Positions 1 through 10,183 of a DNA stretch of 64,000 bases are shown here, in pieces. The position numbers were made by a program, and so were the translations under genes. The stretch lies in assembly GCA_963744715.1 (NCBI GenBank), contig CAVUUR010000007.1, positions 104,770 through 168,769 on the forward strand, written 5' to 3'. The notes under the pieces are model-generated. The model had not been told where the DNA came from. It saw only the letters and a list, made by a program, of their open reading frames with translations, and ran no database searches. The DNA is from an uncultured bacterium (lineage in GTDB: Bacteria; Babelota; Babeliae; Babelales; JACPOV01). How positions within the stretch are numbered: position 1 is the stretch's first letter; each line of letters starts with the position of its first letter.

Positions 1-468
1 CGATGTTCAGAATTGGTAATGATCAAATTTTCTGATCTTGACCTTGAACATAAAATTATTCGCATCATCGGTAAAGGGAAAAAAGAACGCATTGCTCTTT
101 TCGGTCAAAAGGCCAAAGACATTTTGTTGGCATATTTATCACATGAACGAATACCCATGAAAGATCCTCATGAGCGTCTTTTTATTAATTATCGTAACGA
201 ACCACTCACAACACGATCCATTCAACGTATCATCGAAATGTTCAGAAAGTTTTTAAAGATAAAACGCATTATCACGCCACACAAAATAAGACATTCTTTC
301 GCAACGCATCTATTGCACCAGGGAACTGATCTTCGTATAGTACAAGAATTGTTAGGGCATAAAACATTAGCGAGTACTGAAAAATATACTCATGTGGAAA
401 ATCAACAATTAGCAGAATTATGCGATACATTACATCCTTTTAATACTTTTAATAAAGTAAAAAAATAA
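1..468 (+). CDS. xerC: XerC/XerD-family tyrosine recombinase, 5' end outside window
   Basis: Frame is open from base 1 (RCSELV, containing the catalytic R); IIGKGKKERI, TPHKIRHSFATHLL, LLGH and TEKYTH motifs; xerC versus xerD cannot be resolved. Confidence 0.85.
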   Translation, partial: RCSELVMIKFSDLDLEHKIIRIIGKGKKERIALFGQKAKDILLAYLSHERIPMKDPHERLFINYRNEPLTTRSIQRIIEMFRKFLKIKRIITPHKIRHSFATHLLHQGTDLRIVQELLGHKTLASTEKYTHVENQQLAELCDTLHPFNTFNKVKK

Positions 469-475
469 TGTATGA

Positions 476-2203
476 ATGAACAATATGCTTACCGCCACTG
501 ATTATAAAATAAAAATCATATGCTCTTGCTTTCTACTAAGCCTTATCTTAATTATGGGGCGACTTTTTTATCTTCAGATTTATTTGCATAATAACCTTAT
601 TAATCGCGCACACAAAAATTTTTATCGTACCGAAAAAATTTCCTCACGCCGTGGCAATATTTTTGATTGTAAGGGAAATTTATTAGCAACTAATAGACCG
701 GTTACCATGATTTATTGGCAAGGCATGGAACACGGTGCAAAGGATGATTACCTGGCAACCCTTGCGCAACTAGAACAAATTTTAAAAAAGCCGATTATTA
801 ATACGGATCTTCACAAAGCGATTAAAACTGCCCAGAAACGTGGGAAAAAAGTACTGCTTCACTGCGATACCACCTTTGAGCAGTTAAGTAAAATTAAAGA
901 ACTATTCAGCACAAACCCGCATATTATTGTTACTACTGACTTTAAGCGATATTACCCGCACCAAACATTGGCAAGTCATATTATTGGGTATATCAACACC
1001 TTTGATGAAAAAGCACATGGGAAAATGGGATTAGAAAAAATGTTTGAAGATACGTTAAAAGGGGAACATGGCACGTTAATAAAAACAATTAACTCAATGG
1101 GAACCAGTTTATTAGAAAAACAAACAAAACAAGCGCTTGCCGGGCAGGATATTATTACCACCTTAGATTTATCACTTCAACGCATTGCCGAAGACGCATT
1201 TCCTCATGATCAGGCGGGTTGCCTTATCATTATGGATCCAAAAACAGGAGCATTGCGCACGTTAGTTTCTAGACCAACCTTTGATCCAGATATTTTTCTT
1301 AATCGCATTTCCTTAGATACTTGGAATAGCTTACAAGAGAAAAAACCTTTCTTAAATCGCGCATTAAGCGCGTGTTATCCCCCTGCATCAATTTTTAAAT
1401 TAATTACGCTGAGCGCCGCTCTTGAACATCATATTATTGATTCCGATATGACATTTTTTTGTTGTGGATTTGTAGAATTTAAAGGAAGAAAATATTATTG
1501 TAATCGCAAACTCGGTCATGGCAATCTCTCTATTGCAGAAGTCATTGCACAGTCCTGTAATATTCCTTTTTTTGAAATAGCCAAAACAATATCCATTGAT
1601 ACCCTTGCTGATTATGCACAACGATTTGGACTTGGCATAAAAACAAATATCAATTTTCCTGAACTACAAGGACTCGTTCCTTCAACCCTATGGAAACTAC
1701 AAACATTAAGCGAAGATTGGTGGCCGGGAGAAACGCTTTCGGCCGCTATAGGGCAAAGCTACCTTCTTGCTACACCATTACAAATTGCACGCATGATAGC
1801 AAGTATTTTTACCGGCTATCTGGTCAATCCGCGCATAGTAGAAGATGAGCCAATAACACAAATTCCGTTACAGATTAAGGATGAAACAAGAAAATTTTTA
1901 AAAAAAGCGATGAAACTTGGGGTAATACACGGAACCTCTAAAGGCGTTAGCAACATTAATGATTTTAAAATTTATGCAAAAACTGGCACGGCCCAAGTAA
2001 TTTCATTATCAAAGCAGCAATCCAATGAGCACTACCGTGAACATGCTTGGTTTGTAGCCCACGTACAATATCAAGATGAAACCCCACTTACCATAGTAAT
2101 GTTGGTAGAACATGTAGGATCATCAAAAGAAGCAACCAAAATTGCTAAAAAACTATTAGTTAATTACCGCACCTTTATGCGTAAAAGTAAGATTTATACC
2201 TAA
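476..2203 (+). CDS. mrdA: Penicillin-binding protein 2 (class B transpeptidase)
   Basis: N-terminal TM, RGNIFD, RYYP, GKMGLE; SxxK (SIFK), SCN and KTGT motifs. Confidence 0.93.
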   Translation: MNNMLTATDYKIKIICSCFLLSLILIMGRLFYLQIYLHNNLINRAHKNFYRTEKISSRRGNIFDCKGNLLATNRPVTMIYWQGMEHGAKDDYLATLAQLEQILKKPIINTDLHKAIKTAQKRGKKVLLHCDTTFEQLSKIKELFSTNPHIIVTTDFKRYYPHQTLASHIIGYINTFDEKAHGKMGLEKMFEDTLKGEHGTLIKTINSMGTSLLEKQTKQALAGQDIITTLDLSLQRIAEDAFPHDQAGCLIIMDPKTGALRTLVSRPTFDPDIFLNRISLDTWNSLQEKKPFLNRALSACYPPASIFKLITLSAALEHHIIDSDMTFFCCGFVEFKGRKYYCNRKLGHGNLSIAEVIAQSCNIPFFEIAKTISIDTLADYAQRFGLGIKTNINFPELQGLVPSTLWKLQTLSEDWWPGETLSAAIGQSYLLATPLQIARMIASIFTGYLVNPRIVEDEPITQIPLQIKDETRKFLKKAMKLGVIHGTSKGVSNINDFKIYAKTGTAQVISLSKQQSNEHYREHAWFVAHVQYQDETPLTIVMLVEHVGSSKEATKIAKKLLVNYRTFMRKSKIYT

Positions 2204-2328
2204 TTCATAATAATTGAAGATTCAACATACACCGAACCCGATTTTTTTACCTTAAAACCACAGTAAGATATAACAATTTTTATCTTTATTTATCTATTTA
2301 TAAGCTAAATATATCATATCTTTTCTAA

Positions 2329-2356
2329 TTGACATTATTTTTAATACTGATATACT
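2329..2356 (+). promoter_or_regulatory. Sigma70-type promoter upstream of 2428 ORF
   Basis: TTGACA-16 nt-TATACT with extended TGn. Confidence 0.5.
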
Positions 2357-2427
2357 CAGTATTAATCAGGTTAAAAAAAAGGTTAATATTTGTGATTTAT
2401 AGATATTCACATGAAAGGTAAAAAAAT

Positions 2428-2979
2428 ATGAATAAAAACATACTAAAATCAGTATCAGCTCTATTGTTAATGAGCCATATTGCATACGTTGGCGCAAGCC
2501 AAGAGAGCAGTACTGGTGCAGAACAAGCAAAAGCATCTTACACTGATAACGAACAATCTGAATATACGGTTGATCAAGATGAGCTTGATAATTCTCACAA
2601 TCAGTTTTGGGATCAACTGCTGAATCAATCTCAGCAAAGTGAACTTGAAAGGGAACTTGTTCAATGGCAAGATGCTATTAAGAACAAAAAATTCCTAAAA
2701 AATATGAATAAAACAATGATCTTACAAGGCATTGGTCTTTGTAGCGTAGCTTTGGCACTTGGTGCAGGAGCTGTATGGATAATCAATGATATGTATCAAA
2801 CAATAACTAATGAACCTAATCTAGGATTTAATCAACCGTCTGCTGGACATGGCATGTGCGTTGCTTACGGATGCGCTGGAGCTTTTTTATTAGGACAAGC
2901 AGGTATTGAACAAGTAGTTAACGGATGGAATTATACTAAATATCTTACCCAAACTATTAATGATCGTAATAAGAATTAA
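2428..2979 (+). CDS. Hypothetical exported/membrane protein
   Basis: 183-aa ORF with RBS (AAAGGT), signal peptide, acidic region and two hydrophobic segments. Confidence 0.7.
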   Translation: MNKNILKSVSALLLMSHIAYVGASQESSTGAEQAKASYTDNEQSEYTVDQDELDNSHNQFWDQLLNQSQQSELERELVQWQDAIKNKKFLKNMNKTMILQGIGLCSVALALGAGAVWIINDMYQTITNEPNLGFNQPSAGHGMCVAYGCAGAFLLGQAGIEQVVNGWNYTKYLTQTINDRNKN

Positions 2980-3009
2980 ATCTAGAAAAAACTCCTAAGA
3001 AAACAAGCA

Positions 3010-3093
3010 GGGAAGCTTGTACAAGATAGTAGTGCTTTTTGCTGCTTCCTTTCGGACCTGACAAGTTAAACACGCTACCTTTACAAACTTCCC
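3010..3093 (-). ncRNA. ffs: Small bacterial SRP RNA (4.5S)
   Basis: Minus strand GGGAAGTTTGTA...TCAGGTCCGAAAGGAAGCAGC...TACAAGCTTCCC: conserved Ffh-binding domain IV motif with GNRA loop, and paired termini. Confidence 0.93.
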
Positions 3094-3116
3094 TTATTTT
3101 TATGACGTTTTTTAAG

Positions 3117-3208
3117 TGGCGGAGAGAGAGGGATTCGAACCCTCGATGCCCTTTTCAGGACATACATGATTTCCAATCATGCTCTTTCGACCACTCAGAC
3201 ATCTCTCC
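3117..3208 (-). tRNA. tRNA-Ser(GGA)
   Basis: GGAGAGA/TCTCTCC acceptor, CATGA-TTGGAAA-TCATG anticodon arm, long variable arm, TTCGAAT T-loop, G73 and encoded CCA. Confidence 0.97.
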
Positions 3209-3231
3209 AAATAATCATTAATTACGTAACG

Positions 3232-4152
3232 TTATTTTGTACGGGTTGTCTTAGAGCTTTTACCTTTTTCCTGTCTCCATTCTTTTCCAGGACCAGTCTT
3301 AGCTAATTTCCCCTCTTCTTCCTCTTTTGCCTTAATTAATTCTTTTTTCTTAGGGATTTTTTTTGTATCAACTTCTTCAACCTCTTCAGAAGCAATTACT
3401 TCAGGAACGATAATCTCATGTTCCAATTCTTTTTGTGCTTGAGCAGCTTGTGCTGCTGATTCTTTCTTTTGAACTGCTTTTTGTTGTCCTTGTTTTACCG
3501 CGTCAGCTAAATAATCAAGAACAACCTTAATTGAACTTGCTGCATCATCGTTGCAAGGAATAATATAATCTAACAATGAAGGATCACTATTAGTATCAAC
3601 TAAACCAACAACAGGAATACCCATGGCCGCTGCTTCTCTCAAAGCTGTTTGTTCTTTTTTAACATCAACAACAACAACGGCGCCTACTGGCATAGAAAAG
3701 CCTTTTATGCTGCCTACGTTTTTATTTAAACGGTCGGCCATCTTTTGGAACGTTACTAATTCTTTTTTGGTATACGAAAATTGATGCGCTTTGTTAATAA
3801 TATCTTCAAAATGCAATAATTTGGTAACTGATTTTCTTACTTGAGAATAATTGGTCAAGGTTCCGCCAATCCATCGATGAATAACATAGGGTGACCCAAG
3901 TTCTGTACCTACTTGTGCAACAAGTGCTTGAGCAACTTTTTTAGTTCCGACCCATAAAATTGTTTTGCGTTCAGCGGCAACTGATGTTAAAAATTGTGCT
4001 GCTTTTTCTAAATGTATCGCTGTTTTTGCTACATTAATTAAATGGATCCCATCCTTGAAACCCCATATAAATGGAGCCATCTTAGGATGCCAACGGGAAG
4101 CTTTATGCCCAAAATGAACATTAGATTCAATAAGTTTTTTAATTTCAATCAT
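3232..4152 (-). CDS. rpsB: 30S ribosomal protein S2 with long charged C-terminal tail
   Basis: VHFGH, WHPKM, VGTKK, RWIGGTLTN, VDTNSDP, IPCNDDA. Confidence 0.97.
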   Translation of the reverse strand: MIEIKKLIESNVHFGHKASRWHPKMAPFIWGFKDGIHLINVAKTAIHLEKAAQFLTSVAAERKTILWVGTKKVAQALVAQVGTELGSPYVIHRWIGGTLTNYSQVRKSVTKLLHFEDIINKAHQFSYTKKELVTFQKMADRLNKNVGSIKGFSMPVGAVVVVDVKKEQTALREAAAMGIPVVGLVDTNSDPSLLDYIIPCNDDAASSIKVVLDYLADAVKQGQQKAVQKKESAAQAAQAQKELEHEIIVPEVIASEEVEEVDTKKIPKKKELIKAKEEEEGKLAKTGPGKEWRQEKGKSSKTTRTK

Positions 4153-4167
4153 GAAAAATGCCTTTCT

Positions 4168-4230
4168 GGGTTATAACAACTACTTCTTGGTTGATCTTGA
4201 TAAGACCATACCACCCACAATAAGAAGTAG
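4168..4230 (-). promoter_or_regulatory. rpsB 5' leader (S2 autoregulatory, t44-like element)
   Basis: Minus-strand stem CTACTTCTT...AAGAAGTAG with internal GGGT able to pair with downstream ACCC just before the RBS, the pseudoknot pattern known for rpsB leaders. Confidence 0.6.
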
Positions 4231-4329
4231 GAATTCCTATTATTTGTAAAAAATTACGTTTGAATAAAAGTTTAACAAAAAACCAATAAAAAACAATACG
4301 TACGTTCTCTTGGTTTTTTTATATTCCCC

Positions 4330-5736
4330 TTATCCTATTACTTCATTATTAGCAATTGCTTTACTATACCTTTTGCCTAATAAAATTGCAGTTACCGTCC
4401 AAATAGCTACAACAACGGCAAAAAACACTGCGTGTAAAGACATGAAGAACGCGGAACCTAATAATTCAGCGAAAATATTAAACCCAGATGCTGTGGCGCG
4501 TGCCAATTTTGCACCAAAAGCATCAATCCATGATTTTGACTTAAATTTCATTTCTTTAACCGTAGGAATATATAAACTTTCACGTACTGGTTGAGCAAAT
4601 GCATAATTAATAGATTTAAATAAAGTATATACTACTGACAATGAAAACCAATCATACGCCAACATACAATAGAGCAATAAAAGACCGGTTGAAAGGGGAA
4701 CTAGTAATAAACACTTTTCTTCACCCAATTTTTTTAATAATGCTCGCGTACCTATGAGCGAAATCAAAAACCCAGATAAATGTAAAAAGAAGGATTGTTG
4801 AAACAGAAAACAACTTAAATCAGAAATGTTATTAGAAGATGAGTGCGCAACACCCAATCTTTGATAACTTAACACTTTATTGACCATCTCATAGAAAAAC
4901 AACATGCCAAAAATGCCTAAAATATAGGGCCATTTTATCATCATAGAAAGTCCTGAAAAAACTCCCATAGGCTGCTGGGATTCGGTACTTTCTTCACTGC
5001 GTTGTTTTTCAAATTGATATACGGCTTCATAACCATGCAAATTTTTTCCTGGTACCTTTTTAATAAGCATGTAAATCATAAAAGGTACAAAAAACGCTAA
5101 TAACGAGAAGAAAATGAGCAAAATCTGGTGATTCGTGACATCAGAAAAAAAACGTGCCCCGCCAAATTTAGGCGTTAATAAAATCCATGCCAATCCAGCA
5201 CTTAACATACCACCTATTTTGGACATAGCTACCATAAGACCATAATTATTTTTAGCAGCTTCTGGACTATTTATAGAGTTAGCAAAAGCCCAAAAAACGC
5301 TGACAACAAAAGGGGTAAAGCCTTCAACAAAAAAATAAAAAAACCACCCAAATAAACGAACAGGGCTTGTCTGCGTATTATGTAAACCGATTACCGGGTC
5401 ACCGAGCAAATAGGCACAGGCAAAACCAACAATACTATAAAAAAAGCTGTAAATATACAGCAACTGATAGCGCCTAACTTTATCAACAAGAAATGAATAA
5501 AAAAGCACCGCGGGTATTAAAACAACAAATTCTAATAAATTAGCCCAAGGAATATATTCTCTACCAACAATGGCGATAAAAAAGGAATCTCTAAGGTCTC
5601 TAATTATCGTGTATGCACCAATAACCAAAAAAAAGGTAGCCGATAATAATATTAATTTTAAATGTTCACCTTTGTCAGCCACTTTAAAGGCAGTAAGTTT
5701 TCGTGCAAAATTAAAACTCATATAGCTTCCTATCAA
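4330..5736 (-). CDS. NTT/TLC (ATP/ADP translocase family) nucleotide transporter, divergent copy
   Basis: About 12 TM; YTIIRDLRDS, FWAFAN, LYIPT and KFKSKSWID motifs. Confidence 0.88.
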   Translation of the reverse strand: MIGSYMSFNFARKLTAFKVADKGEHLKLILLSATFFLVIGAYTIIRDLRDSFFIAIVGREYIPWANLLEFVVLIPAVLFYSFLVDKVRRYQLLYIYSFFYSIVGFACAYLLGDPVIGLHNTQTSPVRLFGWFFYFFVEGFTPFVVSVFWAFANSINSPEAAKNNYGLMVAMSKIGGMLSAGLAWILLTPKFGGARFFSDVTNHQILLIFFSLLAFFVPFMIYMLIKKVPGKNLHGYEAVYQFEKQRSEESTESQQPMGVFSGLSMMIKWPYILGIFGMLFFYEMVNKVLSYQRLGVAHSSSNNISDLSCFLFQQSFFLHLSGFLISLIGTRALLKKLGEEKCLLLVPLSTGLLLLYCMLAYDWFSLSVVYTLFKSINYAFAQPVRESLYIPTVKEMKFKSKSWIDAFGAKLARATASGFNIFAELLGSAFFMSLHAVFFAVVVAIWTVTAILLGKRYSKAIANNEVIG

Positions 5737-5781
5737 TTCTTATGCAATATGCCTAGCAAATATTAATTTTGGTGTATCTAC

Positions 5782-5825
5782 AAAAAAAGCCTTCTAAACT
5801 CCTAGAATTTAGAAGGCTTTTTTTT
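5782..5825. terminator. Intrinsic terminator between the two NTT genes
   Basis: A7-GCCTTCTAAA...TTTAGAAGGC-T8 inverted repeat. Confidence 0.85.
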
Positions 5826-5854
5826 CATATATTCAGCTCGTTTTCATATAACGA

Positions 5855-7267
5855 TTAAACTACGATACGATTTTCGTCAACCGCTTTATTAAATTTCTTT
5901 CCTAGAAACAAGGTTATGGGGAACCAAACGCCAATGATTATTAATGAAGCAACCGTACAGGTAGTAATAAATTTATTCAATCCTGCTACAGCGCCATAAT
6001 TAGCCATATAGGTTTTACGCCACAAATTCACGGTTGATCCTAACGCTTTTGAACCACGTGAACCGTACGTTTCAATAAACGCTTGCGATTTATATTTAGC
6101 TTCTTTACTGGTTGGAATATACAGTTGCTTCATGGTTGGCTGATTTAAACCATAATTGATAGCCTTTGAAAGCACCATAATCCAGAATAAAACACTGATG
6201 AAAGGATATGCTTTAAAGGTCAATACAACACATGCTACTAGTATTGGTAAGGATGCTAATGCAGCACCAAGCCCTAAGTATTTTTGAATATTATTAATTT
6301 TCAACGAAATACTTAAAAGAGAAATAAGCCCTACCCATATACCGTAGTAACCTAGGTACACGGTTGCATCATGCGGATTAGGGTATACATCGTTAACAAA
6401 GGTCTTAAAATTGAAGTCGAGCACCGTAATAATTACCTCATACGAAGTAATTATGGCAAAAATACCAAGCAAATATGAAGAAGAAAGAATTAACCACAAG
6501 CCTTCAAAAAAGCCTGGTTCTTCATGATTTTTTTTATCATTTTTACCGTGATATCCTACTAACTGCTCCTTAGGGACTACTGAAACAAAATAACGAATTA
6601 ACGCAATGATAACAAACATCATAGCAGCAACAAAAACAACTGATCCTGCTAATACTGATGCGCTCGTTCTAGCAGCTTCTGCCGATAATTCTCCTTCAGG
6701 GCCAACCTCTATATGAAATAATTTTGTCATAATCAAGATTAATGACAATGGGCCAAAAATGTTTCCTAATTGTCCGCCAAAAGCTACAACTGGATAACCA
6801 CGCTCAGCTGATTCTGGTAACGTTGTATCACCAACAAATGCCCAAAATAATGCAACGATGAGTGAACCAAAACTTTCAACGTACACATACCATGCCCATC
6901 CCCACCATCTATAAAAATTTGCAGGCCCAGAACTTAATCCAAGTGATGGACTCCAGATAAGAAAGGCGAATAGCAATGCTATTGATCCGTAGATGGTACA
7001 TAATGCATAAAACATTTTTTCACGAGGAAAAATGTCTACCAACTTAGAATAAATTAAAATAAGAGGGAAAACGACAATCATCGAAAGAAATTTTGCTTGA
7101 GGAATATAGTTAGCCCCCACAACGTTCATAAATACTGAATCTTTAAGTGGACGCAAAAACCAGTACGATCCAATTACTAATCCAAATATAAATGATAAAA
7201 GTCCAAACTTTTTAAGTTCTCCTTCTTTAAAATCTCCCCACCACAAGCGAGTAATTTTGGCAAACAT
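5855..7267 (-). CDS. NTT/TLC (ATP/ADP translocase family) nucleotide transporter
   Basis: About 12 TM; YWFLRPLKDSVF, YVYVESFGS, LFWAF, LYIPT and KYKSQAFIE motifs. Confidence 0.9.
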   Translation of the reverse strand: MFAKITRLWWGDFKEGELKKFGLLSFIFGLVIGSYWFLRPLKDSVFMNVVGANYIPQAKFLSMIVVFPLILIYSKLVDIFPREKMFYALCTIYGSIALLFAFLIWSPSLGLSSGPANFYRWWGWAWYVYVESFGSLIVALFWAFVGDTTLPESAERGYPVVAFGGQLGNIFGPLSLILIMTKLFHIEVGPEGELSAEAARTSASVLAGSVVFVAAMMFVIIALIRYFVSVVPKEQLVGYHGKNDKKNHEEPGFFEGLWLILSSSYLLGIFAIITSYEVIITVLDFNFKTFVNDVYPNPHDATVYLGYYGIWVGLISLLSISLKINNIQKYLGLGAALASLPILVACVVLTFKAYPFISVLFWIMVLSKAINYGLNQPTMKQLYIPTSKEAKYKSQAFIETYGSRGSKALGSTVNLWRKTYMANYGAVAGLNKFITTCTVASLIIIGVWFPITLFLGKKFNKAVDENRIVV

Positions 7268-7700
7268 ATAATCCTCTCTGTTATACCATTATTTTAATAT
7301 ATTTTTACTTAAGTTATATTTTCACGAATTACTATATTAAAGATTAATCATTTGTAAAAATTCTGCAAGCATAGTCTACAAAAACCCTTTTTTCATACCA
7401 TTTTTTTAATTTCAATTATATACCATTCTAGCTTTTATACTATCAAAAATAGCTAATTTAAGGAATAATACCATAATTTTATTAATACTACCCATTATGA
7501 CATTTACTAACCATCTATTCTTTGATACAATTAAACTATCTTAAAAAAAATTATTAAGCAGCTTTCCTGAATGAAATAGGCAATAAAAAAGCTGTAGCTT
7601 TAATAATTACCGTAAAAAAATTAATTTAGAAAAATATATCGTTTTTCTATTATTTTTATTATCAAATAGAAATTGTTGTATCTTGAAATTAAGGCGACTT

Positions 7701-10152
7701 ATGACAGCAGATGAAATAAAACATCAACAAGAGGATTCACTTTCTGAAAAAAATAGCCTTTTGTTGCCACTTCTTCCGTTAAAAAATATTATTATTTTGC
7801 CAAAGAGCATACATCCCATTATTGTTGGAAGAGCTATTTCAATCAAAGCAGTTGAATATGCCTTAAATCATGATAAATCTATTTTTATTTCAACGCAAAA
7901 AGATCAAAAAGTAGAAAATCCAACCGAACAAGATGTTTTTGAATACGGCACCCGCGCTACTATTTTACAGATGATGCGCATGCCAAATGGATCATTAAAA
8001 ATTTTAGTTGAAGGCATTTGCCGAGCAAAAATAATCAAGGCTGAACAAATCAATGGTTTTTTGGCAGTGCATTGTCATGATTTACCAACTATAAATTTAG
8101 AAAAAACCATAGAAATAGAAGCATTATGGCGTCATCTAAAAAAGCTATATGAAGCTTACACAAAACTTAATGAAAAAGTGCCATTAGATCTTATGACCAT
8201 GGCAAAAAATGTTGAAGACATGGATGCTATAGCCGATACCTTGGCAGTGCATTTAAATCTTTCTTTTGACGAACGCCAAGACATTTTAGAAACCAATGAT
8301 TTACAAGAACGGCTTATTAAACTTAATAAATTTTTGTCTAAAGAAATCGAAATTCTTGAAACGGAACAGCGCATCAAGGGAAGAATTCAAACGCAAGTTG
8401 AAAAAAGCCAACGCGAATATTATTTGACTGAACAAATTAAAGCTATTCAAAAAGAATTAGGCCGCGAAGATCAACAAAGCAGAAATTCTACAAATACGCG
8501 CTAAATTAAAAACATTAGGTCTTTCACCAGAAGCTGCTGAAAAAGTTGATAAAGAGCTTCGCCGCTTGAACAAATGCCCCCGCTTTCATCAGAAGCGGTT
8601 GTTTCTCGCCATTATATTGATTGGATTATTTCATTGCCATGGAAAAAACAAAGTAAAGACACCATCAGTCTTCCGCAAGCAGAAAAAATTCTTAATAAAA
8701 AACATGCGGGGCTTATAAAAGCCTAAAGAACGTATTATCGAGTTTTTAGCAGCAAAAAAATTTTCTAAAACAATTGAACGATCTCCTATTATTTGCCTTG
8801 TTGGCCCTCCTGGTGTTGGGAAAACATCACTCGCACATTCTATTGCAGAAAGTTTAGGTCGAGAATTTGTACGAATTTCATTGGTGGTATTCGTGATGAA
8901 GCTGAAGTACGAGGACATCGAAGAACATATATCGGCGCACTTCCTGGCAAAATTATTCAAGCAATGAGAAAAGCAAAAACGCTCAATCCGGTCATTTTCC
9001 TTGATGAAATAGATAAGATCTCGCGTGATGTACATGGCGATCCGGCAGCAGCATTACTTGAAGTACTTGATCCGGAACAAAATAAAGCATTCGTTGATCA
9101 TTTTTTAGAAATTGAATACAATCTCTCAAAAGTAATGTTTATAGCTACGGCAAATATGATTGAAGGGATTCCTTTTCCACTTTTTGATCGAATGGAAATT
9201 ATCACGCTGCCTGGTTATACGGAAGCATGAAAAGGTAGACATTGGCCACCAATTTCTTATTGCCTAAAAATTTACAAGAATATGGCCTAACTTCAAGACA
9301 ATTCAAAATTTCAAATGACATTATTGCAGATAATTGTTTCACACTACACCAAAGAAGCTGGCGTCCGCCAACTTGAACGTATCATTGCGAAATTAATGCG
9401 TAAAACTATTCAAGTTTTATTAAATGATAAAGAAGTAAAAAGTGTTACTATCACTCATGACCTATTAAAAGAATGGCTTGGTCAACCTAAATTTAAAAAA
9501 ACAGTCCTTGATCAAACCAAAGAGCGCATTGGATTAGCAACAGGACTTGCTTGGACAGAATTTGGTGGCGATGTACTTGAAATTGAAGCAACGGTGATTA
9601 TCAGGCAAAGGCGCGCTTAACCTTAACTGGTCAACTTGGTGAAGTCATGCAAGAATCTGCTCACGCAGCTTTAAGTTATATACGTTCACGCGCAACAGAG
9701 CTTAGGACTTTCCAATGGCGTTTTATGCTTCAAAAGATATTCATATTCACATTCCTGAAGGAGCTACACCAAAAGATGGTCCTTCTGCAGGCATAACCAT
9801 GTGCGTTGCTCTCGTTTCAGCACTTACAAAAAATCCAACGTTACCTGATGTTGCTATGACTGGAGAACTTACCTTGCGGGGAAGAGTTCTTTCTATCGGG
9901 GGACTCAAAGAAAAACTTCTTGCCGCCCAACAACATGATATTAAAACAGTGTTGGTACCAAAAGAAAACGCCGATGACGTCGATGAAATCTTAAAAGAAA
10001 TTAAGATCAATCTTAATATTGTTTTTGTTGATAATATGGATGAGGTATTAAAACAGGCATTGTCACACGATCCATTCAAAAAAAATAATAGTAAAATAGC
10101 GCATGAAAAAAAACGCAAAGAACTGAGTAATAAGAAAAAATCACGTAAATAA
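7701..10152 (+). CDS. lon: Lon protease, split by about ten single-base frameshifts (probably assembly errors)
   Basis: N-domain (LPLLPL, QREYYL), Walker A GPPGVGKT near 8800, [26 protein letters not shown] and GGLKEK occur in order across successive frames. Confidence 0.92.
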
Positions 10153-10183
10153 TCACCAAATAAAATATAATATTCGCATATTC

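Noticed and set aside
1..468. Tyrosine recombinase as a prophage or island integrase
   Set aside because: Motifs match housekeeping XerC/D, it sits 7 nt upstream of mrdA, and no phage or att features are nearby.
3039..3221. 60-aa ORF (WRRERDSNPR)
   Set aside because: Antisense translation of tRNA-Ser and SRP RNA.
7701..10152. Programmed frameshifting or stop-codon reassignment in lon
   Set aside because: There are too many shifts in both directions without slippery-site patterns; TGA, TAG and TAA all end intact genes elsewhere.
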